A DNA stretch of 61,422 nt, counting the filler, from Sphacelaria rigidula (lineage: Eukaryota): the NCBI GenBank assembly GCA_964200075.2. It is 4 parts of 4 records of this genome, joined end to end, with 100 filler letters (N's around TTAATTAATTAA, not from the genome) between each part and the next. Parts side by side here need not be neighbours in the genome. Positions count along the whole stretch, not along the records: positions 1 to 15,282 come from CAXNAA020001824.1; positions 15,383 to 30,664 come from CAXNAA020001825.1; 2 more parts are not named here. The stretch is one strand, 5' to 3'. Below the pieces are notes generated by a model. That model saw nothing but the letters and a program-made list of their open reading frames with translations. It was not told where the DNA came from and made no database searches. The stretch's first letter is position 1. Each line of letters begins with the position of its first letter. The position numbers and the translations under genes are program-made. Below are positions 14,011-25,806 of this stretch, in pieces.

Positions 14011-14561
14011 TCGAAAATGAAAAACGTCGCAGGGTGACGTCGAGCTGAAGGGATTTGTGAAGCGTACTGTTTTGAGAGTAGGTCTAATTTTCCCGCTTAC
14101 ACGGGAGCGTTCACACGTAATCTTAGACATATATACATATATATTGATACGGACGATTGAGACAACTCCGGTTTAAGTTTTGATGCGAATAACGACGTTC
14201 CAGACATTGTTGTTCTGTGTTGTGGCTTTGATAATTCGAAACCACTTCGGGTCTAAATATTCCAACAAATGCTTGAACAGCAAAACGTCAGGGGCAGGTA
14301 CACCACGGGGTGTATCACCCGTTATCTAGATGTGTGGGTTCTGAGTTCGACTCCCGGCAGAGTTTTGTTCAAATGTCGTCAGAAAAAACATGAGAACAAA
14401 AATTGGTACAACCGACAAAAAATCGATAAACATCTATGGGCTGCGAGAGTACCAATCCAACGCTCGGTTCCCGAGTTCAAGGGAAGTACCGGGGGGGGTA
14501 ATGGACAAGTCCCTCGACACGGTAAACCCGTTCGAGCGACGCGAGGAAGAATGAAAAATAC

Positions 14562-15064
14562 CAGGGCTATACACGCGACACGTGCCATAGCTCGTGAACG
14601 TTAATTTTTTTTCACGTGATGAACATAACGTAAACATAACGTTAAATTTTCACGTGTAACGTTAACGTGACGTGATTTTTTTTACGTGATGAACGTAACG
14701 TGAACGTAACGTGAACGTAACGTTAAATTTTCAAATATTTCGTTAACGTAGCGTTACATTTTTTCATGTGACATACGTCACGTAACGTGAACATTACATT
14801 TTTTTTCATGTGATGAACGTAACGTGGACATGAAAGTGTACCTGTATAGCCAGGGCTATACACGTTACACGTGCCATAGCGTTGCACGTTACGTTCACGT
14901 TACGTTTTGGCCGAAACGTAGCGTGGACGTTTTTTTATTCACGTGATGAACGTAACGTGAACGTAACATTATTTTTTGACGTGATGAACGTAACGTGAAC
15001 GTAACATTATTTTTTGACGTGATGAACGTAACGTGAACGTGAACGTGTGACGTGTATAGACCTA
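14562..15064. mobile_element. hAT-like MITE packed with (GTGAAC/GTAAC)n subterminal repeats
   Basis: TIR CAGGGCTATACACGCGACACG / CGTGTGACGTGTATAGACCTA. Perfect 8-bp TSD AAAAATAC (14554-14561, 15065-15072). A second left end lies internally at about 14851. Confidence 0.9.
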
Positions 15065-15282
15065 AAAAATACGACAGAAACAAAAGTGAGGTACTGGGTA
15101 CCGCTATTAATATTATAATTTATATACGCGAATAGTTGGAACTTCACTTGCAATAATGTGTTGCACGTGCCAGGGGTTAAGTTTCAGTAGTATTCCTTGT
15201 AGTACGCGTGATTCTTAGTTATTTGGTTGGCGATATTTGGGGCCTTGAGTCTCGCCCGTAGTCGGACCCTGTGTTCATGTCT

Positions 15283-15382
15283 NNNNNNNNNNNNNNNNNN
15301 NNNNNNNNNNNNNNNNNNNNNNNNNNTTAATTAATTAANNNNNNNNNNNNNNNNNNNNNNNNNNNNNNNNNNNNNNNNNNNN
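15283..15382. other. Assembly gap (N44-TTAATTAATTAA-N44 linker)
   Basis: Artificial 100-bp spacer, identical at three places. Confidence 0.99.
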
Positions 15383-16551
15383 TTTCGATGCATAGCTCCC
15401 CCCCCCCCCGCCCCGGTGCCCAGTAACACCGTTACTGGTGAGCGGTGGCTACTTTCGCTGTGGTGCCAAACTTCAGCTTGTACCCACAGCTGCTGTGCAT
15501 CGTTCCTTCTCGCTTCGGCTAAAATGGCGTTCGAAGGAGGGGTAGCCCCGGACGGGTGAAATATTTGTATGCGTACCCATCGGGTTAGGTGGAACCTAGT
15601 CCCTAGATCGATGTTATAGAGGCGGCGGCAGTGGCGGCAGCAGCTGAGCATGGAATATGTACACTGCTGGTCGCGCCTGGCTTGGGGTGAACAATGACAA
15701 CGGAGACCCAGTTACTGGAAGTATCCGCTGGAGAAAAATGGAGGAAAGATCGGTCGTGCAAACCGTTGGTCAGGAGCACTAAACGAATTCATTTGCGGCG
15801 CTTCAGCGACATTTTCTTGCAAAGGCGCAAAAATACTGCTGTTATTGTCGTAACGCAGAAAAACTGCTGCAGTGGCGGACGCACAAAAGATTGATGCTGC
15901 TGAGGAGGTGCAGCAACCTTCTGCCGCGTGGAAGGGTGCGTCAACCTGCTGCTGCATGGGAAGGTGCTTGCACGGGAGGCTGTTGGACGGATCCCGCCGG
16001 GTAGAAGGACTGGGCTCGAGGGTTCAAGGGGTTTCCACTCATTCTTCACCGATTTGGGGTTGGCTATGTGATAATCGACACGTTAAACCTGCACGCACGT
16101 GCCACACAGATGTAAAAACACCGATTGAAATAATTATGGATGATTCATTGCAGTATATGACAATCTCCATGATTCAAGAGTCACGAGGGTGGTGTCTGGA
16201 TGAAACATTCTCAGTCATCAATGGCGTGAGCACACGATGGAATAGAACAGACAGCATCACCTTTTCATCATGATACGAAAGTGGACACCAGGAAGGAAAG
16301 GTGAACAAGGGAAACAGGAATTTGTTCGAGCAAAACAGATTCATGTGAAGAAATGATGGAACCAGCAACATGAACAGTAGTGCTTCACCAGTATAACGAT
16401 AACGAACAAAACAAATAAAGGGGAGGGAGAACGAAAGGAACAGCAATATAACTGGACAAAACAGGTTTACGCGTGTGTATTTGGCCAGGGTATCACGTGT
16501 CGGGGACAGCTAGGTATAAATTGATGGACTCCCAAGGGAATTCTGGCTCCA

Positions 16552-17064
16552 TGTCAACCTGTTCGGACACACATGGGAAAATCCTGGCCACCTGTCAACC
16601 TGTTCGGACCGCATGCGAACTCCGGGATGCCTGTCAACCTGTTCGGGCACACATGGGAAAATCCTGGCCACCTGTCAACCTGTTCGGACAGCATGGGAAC
16701 TCCGGGATGCCTATCAACCTGTTCGGGTACACATGGGAAAATCCTGGCCACCTGTCAACCTGTTCGGACAGCATGGGAACTCCTGGATGCCTGCCAACCT
16801 GTTCGGGCACACGTGGAAAAATCCTGGCACCCCTGTCAACCTGTTCGGAAACACATGGGAAACTCCTGGCACCCCGTGAGCCTGTTCGAAAACACATGGG
16901 AAACTCCTGGCACCCTGTCAGCCTGTTCGAAAACACATGGGAAACTCCTGGCACCCTGTCAGCCTGTTCGAAAACACATGGGAAACTCCTGGCGACCAGT
17001 CAACCTCTTCGAAAACATATGGGAAACTCCTGGATTTCCTGTCCACCTGCTCGAAAACACATGG
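16552..17064. repeat. Minisatellite of about 13 units (39-42 bp) with an 80-bp higher-order dimer
   Basis: Units start TGTCAACCTGTTCG. 41-bp and 39-bp variants alternate in the 5' half; the 3' half has a single 41-bp type. Confidence 0.95.
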
Positions 17065-17378
17065 TCTTGACATCTTGAGCCTTCGTCTTCGCCCATTTTC
17101 CTGTATGCAATCATATCCTGCTTGTTCGCTGTATGATGCAAGCGTGTATATATATCTGGTTCATACAATTTTTCGTTCATCCACTCGATGTCCGACTTGT
17201 ATGTTGGCAACTTGCATAGTCTCCACGATAAACACATAAGTCGTTCATTAGAAGCCAACAACTTTCATCAGATTATTTCCGGTGTAAATCTTGGCAAAGG
17301 AATGTGTGGAACCCATGGACTCTCAAGACCAGAAGAATGCAGGCAGGGCGGCCTCCGGGACGGTCATAACGCGCACAG

Positions 17379-17501
17379 GTAGACGGTCATCTTCCAATTG
17401 ATTGTCGGAGCACGCACATGTAGACTGTCATCTTCGAATGGATTGTCAGAGCGTGCATAAGTAGACGGCCATCTTCGAAATGATTGTCGAAGCATGCACG
17501 A
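17379..17501. repeat. 3 x 41-bp tandem repeat
   Basis: GTAGAC(G/T)G(T/C)CATCTTC..TGATTGTC.. starts at 17379, 17420 and 17461. Confidence 0.9.
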
Positions 17502-17649
17502 GACTTCGCACTTCCGAAAAGGAGTGGACACCAGGGTGCACCCGATTGGGTCGGTCCTCGGAAAGAACCGGATCCAACCAGATGTAAAGAGGCATGTTTA
17601 TGTATTCCATCTCTCGATGGATTTACATAACGCCTCATCCCTGACTGCG

Positions 17650-18590
17650 GTACTAGCCAGTTCCCGCAATCAGCCCTCCGGGCGCGTACGTCGTTTTGAA
17701 TCGACGGCCCATCATCGTACTACCCTTATCCACCACGCCACGCCGCGATCCGGAATACCTGCGCACTCGGACAGGCCTATGTTGTGTCGCGTTCTTGCCC
17801 GTCGAAATGTCGTGCCTGTCTCCACCGCCGCCGACCTTCACACTATCTTGCACCACACTCGGCGATGCATAAGATGCATGCTTGCGCAGCACAAAGAGCA
17901 ATCTCTCTTGCTCAACATCATTCGCACAATCCAAAAATGTGTCACATTGACAGTCCTTGATGTGTGCGGGCATGAGGTCAGAGACCGCTGGCTCCTCACA
18001 AACGTGCAAGCGTGCTTGACGCACGTTCGTTGCGTACACCTCACGACGGTAGTCCTCAATATTTCCGCAGAGACTGAGCAGATATTTCACTTGAGAACTT
18101 GCGACCGCAGTAGGGCAAATCCAGTAATCGTACACGGAAAGCGCGACGACCATCTATGACAACATATTGTTGCGGCGCACGAACAACATGGCCGTCTACC
18201 GCGACACACTCCTGCATCTCGTACGTTTCGGGCAGCAATACAGCACTCCACACCGCTTTTTTTTAAAAACGAAGTCGCCTTCCACTTACAGGAACAACAA
18301 CTCTCTCCTTACCAAGACGCGCTTGGCCACCAAACGACAATGGCCACAGCGCCTCTTCCTCACGCAGGTCTCACCACGTGTTTGAAGTCCTTACACTCCT
18401 CTTCCTGGCCGTACCTAGCTCCTGGCCGTACCTAGCTCCTGGCCGTACCTGGCCAAGCGTGGAACACGCAAACCTCGCTGGCTCCGCCAGGCAGTACGGT
18501 AATTGCGCCGCTTTTTTCTGGAACGCGCACGGGCTCGCCAGCTGTCGGTCAACCCCTCGCACCTCTCGCACGAGCGATACCACAGCCCAC
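17650..18590 (-). mobile_element. Ty3/gypsy-derived LTR family, copy A (leader + gag N-terminus, truncated)
   Basis: Translation LDLPYCGRKFSSE..VSDLMPAHI is homologous to ORF 28230-29033 and to the gag start near 53990. The leader is shared with 23290-23360 and 29150-29260. Confidence 0.75.
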
Positions 18591-18599
18591 CCTAGCACA

Positions 18600-19489
18600 A
18601 TGAGCAGAAACTACGAGATGCGTAGGCTTTTGTATGTGAACAAGTATAACGTGAGTATTCCAGAGGTTGACGGTAAAAAAATCGTACGCGAATACAGTGA
18701 TTTTCCACTGTGGTACATCTTTGATGGCTTGTCATGTGTTTGGGTAAGCGCATAGATGGTGTTTCGCATCTGCAAAACGGAGAATGTGGATGGTGTGCCC
18801 ATTTTTCTGGAAGGAGCACCGCATATTTGTTCTGAGCTGCATCAGTTGTAACTGAGTCAAACGGTGGGGGCATGGTTGTAGGCAAAGTACGGTATCAAGC
18901 TTTGAGTGCATGGTATGATTGGATGTTATGGTTTGAAATGGTATTTTCCTCGGCGCGTTTGCTTTGTGTGAGCATGCCACGACTGGAAATTGCTGTTGAC
19001 TGAATTACTGACTCACTGAATTCGATTGAGACGCTGTGTTCAAGTGTCGTTGCTCAGCGTTTTACGAATGATCATTTTCTTTGTGAACATGACATAGCAT
19101 GGTCATGTGTCACTAACAGGCAGACAAAGGTAGCATGAACGTGTTCGTCGGTGTCTACTGTTTGTCAAACTCGCTTTCTACTTCGAGTAGTGCGGAGTTT
19201 TGGGGGTGCTGTAGAGTAGTCCACCTCCAGTACACGTACGAGCAGGTTGATGATGATATACAAGTGGAGTAATCTGCTGTAGGCGTTTTCTATTGGTTGA
19301 CGGACTTGCGGGCCTGATTGGCAGACTATGTGGATTTGAACATCACATGCTTCACGCATGTGGTTACTTCCGATAACGAAGGCTGTGTGTTTATGAATAA
19401 CAACTGTCTTGAAGTCCCCAGGCCCTAGTGAGGGAGGAAGCCCTTGGAGCAATCTTGTGACTTTTTTCTGAGTCCAGGAGGGCTATATA
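18600..19489 (+). mobile_element. Same family, copy B (3' internal region + 3' LTR 19210-19489)
   Basis: Reverse complement of 50008-50850. PPT-like GGAGTTTTGGGGGTGC precedes TGTAGAG; the LTR ends GGCTATATA. Confidence 0.85.
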
Positions 19490-21076
19490 ATGCACAGTAT
19501 ATATTAAATGTTTTATTGCCGGAGCAAATGCGTGTCCAACATATATTGACATACGTTACTTCATGATCATGATACGAGCAATACATGCTGTTGCTTCAAT
19601 GTCTCCGAGGACATCTGAACACAATTTATGTCGAAAGAACAATATTTGCGCTGGTGCCAATACAAAGTATTGGTATCATATTGGAACATATTGTATTGCC
19701 CAAGGTATAAAAAACACAGCCCCGGTGACCGCAGGGGTACCAAAAGGCGCATATCGACCCGCGTTTTCTGTCATCGTTATTTTCAGCCAAGATATATCAA
19801 TTACATGATGTGAAAGGGATGGGAGGTCTCGCACCGGTGGCCAGATAGGTACCAGGAGGTGTATTTACCGGGTCGCCTCTTCTGTCATCATATTTTCCTA
19901 CCAGTATATACATATATGTCAGCGCATTCGAATAAGTTCTCCGTAGTGATGCACACCAAGGGAAGTTTCAAGCCGAAACTTGACCCTCATTACACGACGA
20001 GTAGGTCACCTGCTGAACCGGCATCAATATTCACTTGAAAAACGTATGTGTGATTCAGATGGACTACCCTCGTGGTCTAAGGGTTAGCTCTTAGCTCGTA
20101 AAAGATTCGCTATCAGGTGACATAAGCCTTGCAACTACTATTTGGAAGATAGGTTGGGATGTCACTTTCCACTTTCAAGGAGGCGGTAGATAGACGGAGG
20201 CTAGTTAACCCGGAAAAATCAAATGTGCACCCTGGGATAACGGCAAAAACACGTGCGGCTAGTCAGCGCCGCATGACCACGGCCCGGACCGTGGTTCTCA
20301 AACTATACAATCCGAGCCAGCACAACCAACGCAGAGTACAGTAGTAGCACAACAATAAAATGATGTCGCACTCTCTCTCATCTCTCACTACTCGTCGCAT
20401 GGTCGAGTCTGCTGGACTTCCCACTGCCAGCTCGAAAACGAAAGCTCTGTGTTAATTATTTCGAAGGTCAAATTCTCTGCTCGCTCATCTCCATCCTCCA
20501 TCCATGCATGACGATGTACACCGACAGGCTATGAAGGGAAAAGAGGTGCTGCTTTGTGTACCCAGAGAAGCACAGAGAATCCAAGGTAGAGAGAGTGGCG
20601 TGTTCTGGAATAAACAACAACATCACGGCGACTACATTATATTCTACTGTCTGTCAATTGCGCTAAGTCTATCGGTAACGCCATGGCGCCTACCGTGCCA
20701 TCTCCTCAGCAAAGTGAGCTATGGTCTACAGACAGTACTACACATGACCGTGTAGTACTGTACTGTATGAACACGGAAGCAAAAATAATACACAGCAGTA
20801 CAGTGCAGTCGTCTTATTCTCCGTCATCCCGCTGCGTTCATCCCTTGGTCGATCAGAATTGCCGAAGGATCAGATTCCACCAAAGCCTCGGGAAGCGTGA
20901 TGCCTCCCTGCCGCTAGCTGTAAAACTCGACCCTTATTTGACCACCAGGGTGGGCATTTTTGAAGTGAAAATTGTGCCGAATAAGAAACAGAGGGCCCAC
21001 CCTCGGTGTGATATGTTCTCGATGTTCTTTCAAACAACAGCGGAGGGATGCTGTAGGGCTTCCAGTAGGAGGCGAC

Positions 21077-21358
21077 CTGAGGATTTGTACGTAAACAATG
21101 GTTGGTACTATGGAGATGCCGCCAACCCTAACGCCAACCCTAACCCCTCGGGCAACGGGGTGCAGTATGTTCTCTAGGCAAAGTGTGCGTTACCAGAGCT
21201 CAAATCGACGCCTTTCAGCCGATTTTAGACCAAAACACGTTCTGGACGAGCTGGGTCCACTGCTCACCTGCCCCAGACCATGAATTTTCTCACAACTTTG
21301 TTTAGTCTAAAATCAAGTAAAATCGAGTACCAAACATTATTTACGTACAAATCCTCAG
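21077..21358. mobile_element. MITE with telomere-like AACCCT core, copy 1
   Basis: About 33-bp TIR CTGAGGATTTGTACGTAAA(C/T)AATG(G/T)TTGGTACT. Core shared with 21948-22268 and 43138-43452. Confidence 0.75.
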
Positions 21359-21495
21359 CTCTACTGTCCGGTAGTAGACTTTACCACTTGGTAGTTCAAG
21401 ATAGTTCTCGGAAAATTACGGCTCGTGGACAGGTGCAGTATTGGACTTTAATGTAGACACGGAATTTCGGATCTTTAACCCTTTGACCCCAAGGG

Positions 21496-21924
21496 TAGGT
21501 CACCTGCTGAACCGGCAGCAATGTTCCCTTGAAAAACGTATGCGTGATTCAAATGAACTACCCTCGTGGTCTAAGGGTTAGCTCTTAGCTCGTGTTGTCG
21601 TCCCATTCGTTCTTGGTACTCCATCTTCGTTCTGCGGTGCTTGCCTTCATTCTTTATCGCGAGAGGGACACACCAGTCCCTTTCCCTCGTCGACCATCAA
21701 GTCGAATTCTGTGTACCCACGGCATAGCCGCTCCTCTCCACTGTTGGGCATGGTGTGGGAAAAAGTCTCAGATCGCTCTGAGATTCAAACCCACGACCCA
21801 ACCGTCAGAACATTCCGAGGTTCCCAAGTGAGCCACTGGGGCGACCGCCGTGGTGCGGGTAGTCTATCTCGATCACGCATACGTTTTTCAAGTGAAAGTT
21901 GATGCTGATTCAGCAGGTGACCTA
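21496..21924. mobile_element. MITE with about 55-bp TIRs; a left-end copy also lies at about 20001-20099
   Basis: TAGGTCACCTGCTGAA..TTGAAAAACGTATGCGTGAT vs ATCACGCATACGTTTTTCAA..TTCAGCAGGTGACCTA. Confidence 0.75.
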
Positions 21925-21947
21925 ACGTCGCGGTCTATCCAAAAAAT

Positions 21948-22268
21948 ACCTGAAGACAGGTTCGTAGATAATGGTTGATGAGGAAAATCATCGAATGTTA
22001 CAGACTTAAAAACACTAACACTAACCCTAACCCCGACCCAAGGCGCACGAGACCCTCGGGCGGGGAGGGTGCGTAGTTTCCCCTAGGCAAAGTGTGCGTT
22101 GGCAGACTTTGGATCGTCGTGGCAGGCGCCGATTCCGACAAAAACACGTTCTGGACGAGCTGGGTCCACTGGCTTACCTTCCCGAAGCCAAATTTTTGCG
22201 AAAGTTTATCAGCTCTAAGATCGAGTGGTCATCTCTGTCAACCATTGTGTACGAACATTTTATCAGGT
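21948..22268. mobile_element. MITE with telomere-like core, copy 2
   Basis: Imperfect TIR ACCTGA..GTTCGTA.A.AATGGTTGA. Shared core CTAGGCAAAGTGTGCGTT..AAAACACGTTCTGGACGAGCTGGGTCCACT. Confidence 0.65.
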
Positions 22269-22299
22269 CTACAGCTCTGAGGGTCAACGGGCCTCTTAT

Positions 22300-25200
22300 T
22301 ATGCTAGAAGCCAACGTGTCGTGTAACCATTCAAAAGATGAATGTCGCGCCAGTCCAAAACAGATGTCACTCTCAAATGGATCTTCAACTCTCAATTTCA
22401 CGAAAACATTGTTGGTTGTCACATCGTGAATGTGAGCGAATTATGCGTGACAGTGTTCGTACCTTGAAGGTCATAATGCACGAAGGAAGACACGATGCGA
22501 ATGCTTGGGTGGGTTTGGTACCTGTCGTCTAGTGGCCATTGAACACCGATTTTCGGGAAAGCTATCATAGTTGTAGCTGCATCTATGATGCGAGGAGCGA
22601 CTGTTCGAGTGGAAATGCTGCTCTATGGTATGGAGGAGATTGTAGCCGAAGTGCTGCTGTTTCTCAGGAGGATGTCGACTCAAGGCAATATTGTCCCCAT
22701 GGTTAGGTACATGACTGCAGTAGAGAAAAAACATAGAAGGCGTGAATAGGCTGGTTGATGGATAACGAGTCTGATGAGAGTATGATCGGTGGACTCCATG
22801 ATGTGAGATGTTTGCACACGGTGTGCGCCGGTCACTTCTGGTTAACGAAGGCATGCTGTTCGTGTGACTGCTTGAGTTTCAAAGTCTCTGGAGCCCATGA
22901 CAGGGAGGAAGCCCACTGTGACCTTATTCTGATTTCAGACAAGTATATTACAAACGTTTATTCAGGACACTTTTCGCTTTTGGATTGGGGTTTCGAAGCC
23001 GCACCCCATAGTCACGTTGAAAAACAGGCGGGGAGAAAGCGGCGGAGAGATAGGTGCTGGTCATATAAACCTAGGCGACTGAAGGACAGAAGCCTAGCGG
23101 AAGGATGGCAGCGCGCAAGAGGATGGAAAGAGAACAGCCGTAAACGTTCTGAGGTGGTGCTAGAGTGTGCTTTGGAATCGGTTAACCAACAGCTCTTGCC
23201 CGAAGAGCCTGCCAAAAAATGCGGCACAATCACTACCTCAGACGGGAGAATTGTGCGAGAACCGACGAGGGCTAGTTCAAGGTTGGCCAGCCGCGTTAAA
23301 AAAAAGGAGTCTGAGGACTTCAAAAGCGTGGTGAGACCTGCGTCAGGAAGAGGCGCCATGACCTATACACCTATACAAGACCGCAGGAATCTCTGCTTAA
23401 AGGGGAGGTGGATTCCAAGTTGACGGATTTAGATCCGCGCGATAGACTTGTGTTCGATGACCAGCGTGTGGCTGAGGACACGCCTTGCATGCTCGAAGCT
23501 GCAGGGGGGTCTTATTCGCGTCATGCGGACGAGCGGGGAGCTTGGGACTCGCCATGCTCATGGCAAATCTGTGTGCGCCGACGATATGGCGAGAGATGGT
23601 TCAGATGATTCCCGGGGGTGTCTGCTTGAAGGAGAGCTGGATGCACAGTTGGCGGAGCCGCTTCCGGAGTAGCGTGGCGCTGTGGACAAGCAGTGCATGC
23701 TGGAAGCAGGTGGAGTGTGTGACCCGCGTGAAGCGGGTAGGCAGAGCGAGCTTCAGGCTTGTGATGCTATTAGCGGTCATAATTCCTACAGCGACGGTGA
23801 GCGTTGCGTAGTGTTGGGGTGGTCGTATGCACTGCTATTTACATGGACAGGTTTGTTGTACTCGGCGGCGTTGATCGAGGTGTCTATGCCGCTGCATGGT
23901 CAGGTGCTTGAGGAGGATGGTGTGATGCCATCAGTAGGTGTTTCTGTGCGGGACTGTATGGCTGTTCCCGTTTCGCCTCTCGTTTCAGTCTGAAGAAACG
24001 ACTGAAGCACGAGCTTTCGCTGATGCTCAAGCATCTGTGGGGGCTGAGGATTTATCGTATTGGTTTGGCGGTGCGGATATACCGTTCGGTGGGGTGCTCA
24101 GCGGCACTGTGGGGGTGCTACATGTAGCTGGACCGATGGTCCACGGAGCGAGTGTTCGAATGGAAACGCTGGGCTATGGTGGGCATGAATTTGTGGCGCG
24201 ACTGCTGCTGTTTCTCACGAGCGGGCTGGAGGACTACAAAGAAGGCATTACCTGGGGGGTTTGCTGTTGTGGTGAGCGCCGAGTTGGGTACTGATGTTGA
24301 GGAGTAAGTGCTGTAGTTAGTGATTGAGTGCTTGTTGAGAATGAGGAAACACATTATGACTGGTATTCGCGAATCGTTTTGAGAACGATTGCAGCTTGTT
24401 ATTGTGTGGTTTGTGGTTATGCTTGCGCATGAAACATGCTTGTTGAGCGAGTATGATCGTATCGTGTGTGCAAGGTAAAACTCTGGCGTACACGTGGATA
24501 TTTGGCATGTGTGTGTTGTGCTGCTCTGGTTGGCACGGACGATGCATTGTGTTCGCTGCGAGGAAGGTGGCATTGCATGTGCTGAGTGGAATATTGGCAT
24601 GCATGTGCGGATTTTCGTATGCTGAGTGGAAATTTGGTAGGCATGTGCGCATTTTTGCTCAAATGGTACTGATATGAATGGTATCTGGTGACGACCGAGG
24701 GTTGGGCAGTTTTCAATATAGTGCTGTATGCTAAATGAAGAGAAGCTCGTATAATCTTGTTTGCGCAGGAACACAGTCTAATCATATTTGTGCGGTTTGC
24801 ACGTACTGACTGCAGGATATATGGATTGCTGCTGTTGGCGTGAAAGTGAGCTGAAATATACGAAATGCGTAGGCCCGTCGCCGTTGTTGGATTGATATAC
24901 ATGGCTTGAAAAGCGGTTTGAGCCATGGCTTTCCTTTGGTTGTCTTTATGAAATGATGGCAAGTTGAAGCATTGAAGCTTTGATGGCGGGGAGGCATGCG
25001 ATGCATACGTATTTTACCGTGTTGCAGAAGCAAGAGGCCAGGTGCGTTTTAGACGTGTAGGGTGCATATTTCCTTCTAGCGGGGAGGATGATGTATCATT
25101 TGGCTGTTGTACTCCGTTGCGCAGGTGTTGAACGTACAAAGAGTGCATTTTGTATGTTGAGAAGAACCTTGTCTCGGATGAGAGAGGCGATGAGTCACGA

Positions 25201-25806
25201 ATGCTCTGGGATTTGACGTTCGCTAACGTTTCCGGTTTCGTGCCGATGAAGAGTCAAGAGACCTACCTGTCTGGGGCGAAGATTTGAGAATTTGGCGCTA
25301 GCTATCGCTTTGTAACTCGAAGTGGTGCAAGTAGCGTGATTGCATGTTCATGATGGACGATATTTTCTTGGGATCTCTTGCGAGTTGTTGGGAAGTGCGG
25401 GGCAAGCTTGTATGGAGCTGTTCTTGCAAGCAGCGGAAGGGGTTGCTAAGTTTCGCGGAAAACGACAGTACTATCAGGCCCCAATGATGTCTGAGTTTGT
25501 CAAGCTCTGATGTAAGTACTTCTTGGTAGTAGGGACCTTTGGGGGTGCTGTAGACTCTAGCCATTATTGTTACCTAAGGTCAGGAACATTACAGGTGGAG
25601 TTGCGAGTCTGATTGTCGGACTCTGTGATGGTGACCTCCATGACGAGTACGCTTGGTTTTGCTACTCTGGTGGAGAGAGGTTGTGGTCGTGTTCTCCTGA
25701 ACTATGCTGAAGGTTAATATATGAATAACTAAAGCCGCTGAAGTCCATGTGCCCGTGATGGGAGGAGTCCACAGGGCAATTTGATCTTGAGTGACAGAAG
25801 TCTACA
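22300..25806 (+). mobile_element. Same gypsy-derived LTR family, copy C (integrase relic, degenerate LTR to about 22950, decayed internal region, 3' LTR 25549-25806)
   Basis: 22370-22700 is homologous to integrase 51170-51625. The 3' LTR has terminal IR TGTAGACT..AGTCTACA preceded by TTTGGGGGTGC. Confidence 0.8.

Noticed and set aside
15327-15338. TTAATTAATTAA palindrome (also at 30709 and 46089)
   Set aside because: Artificial scaffold linker with stops in all frames.
16552-17064. CRISPR-like array or repeat protein ORFs
   Set aside because: The inter-repeat segments are themselves repeated, there are no cas genes and the context is eukaryotic. The unit lengths are mostly not multiples of 3, so the ORFs are by-products.
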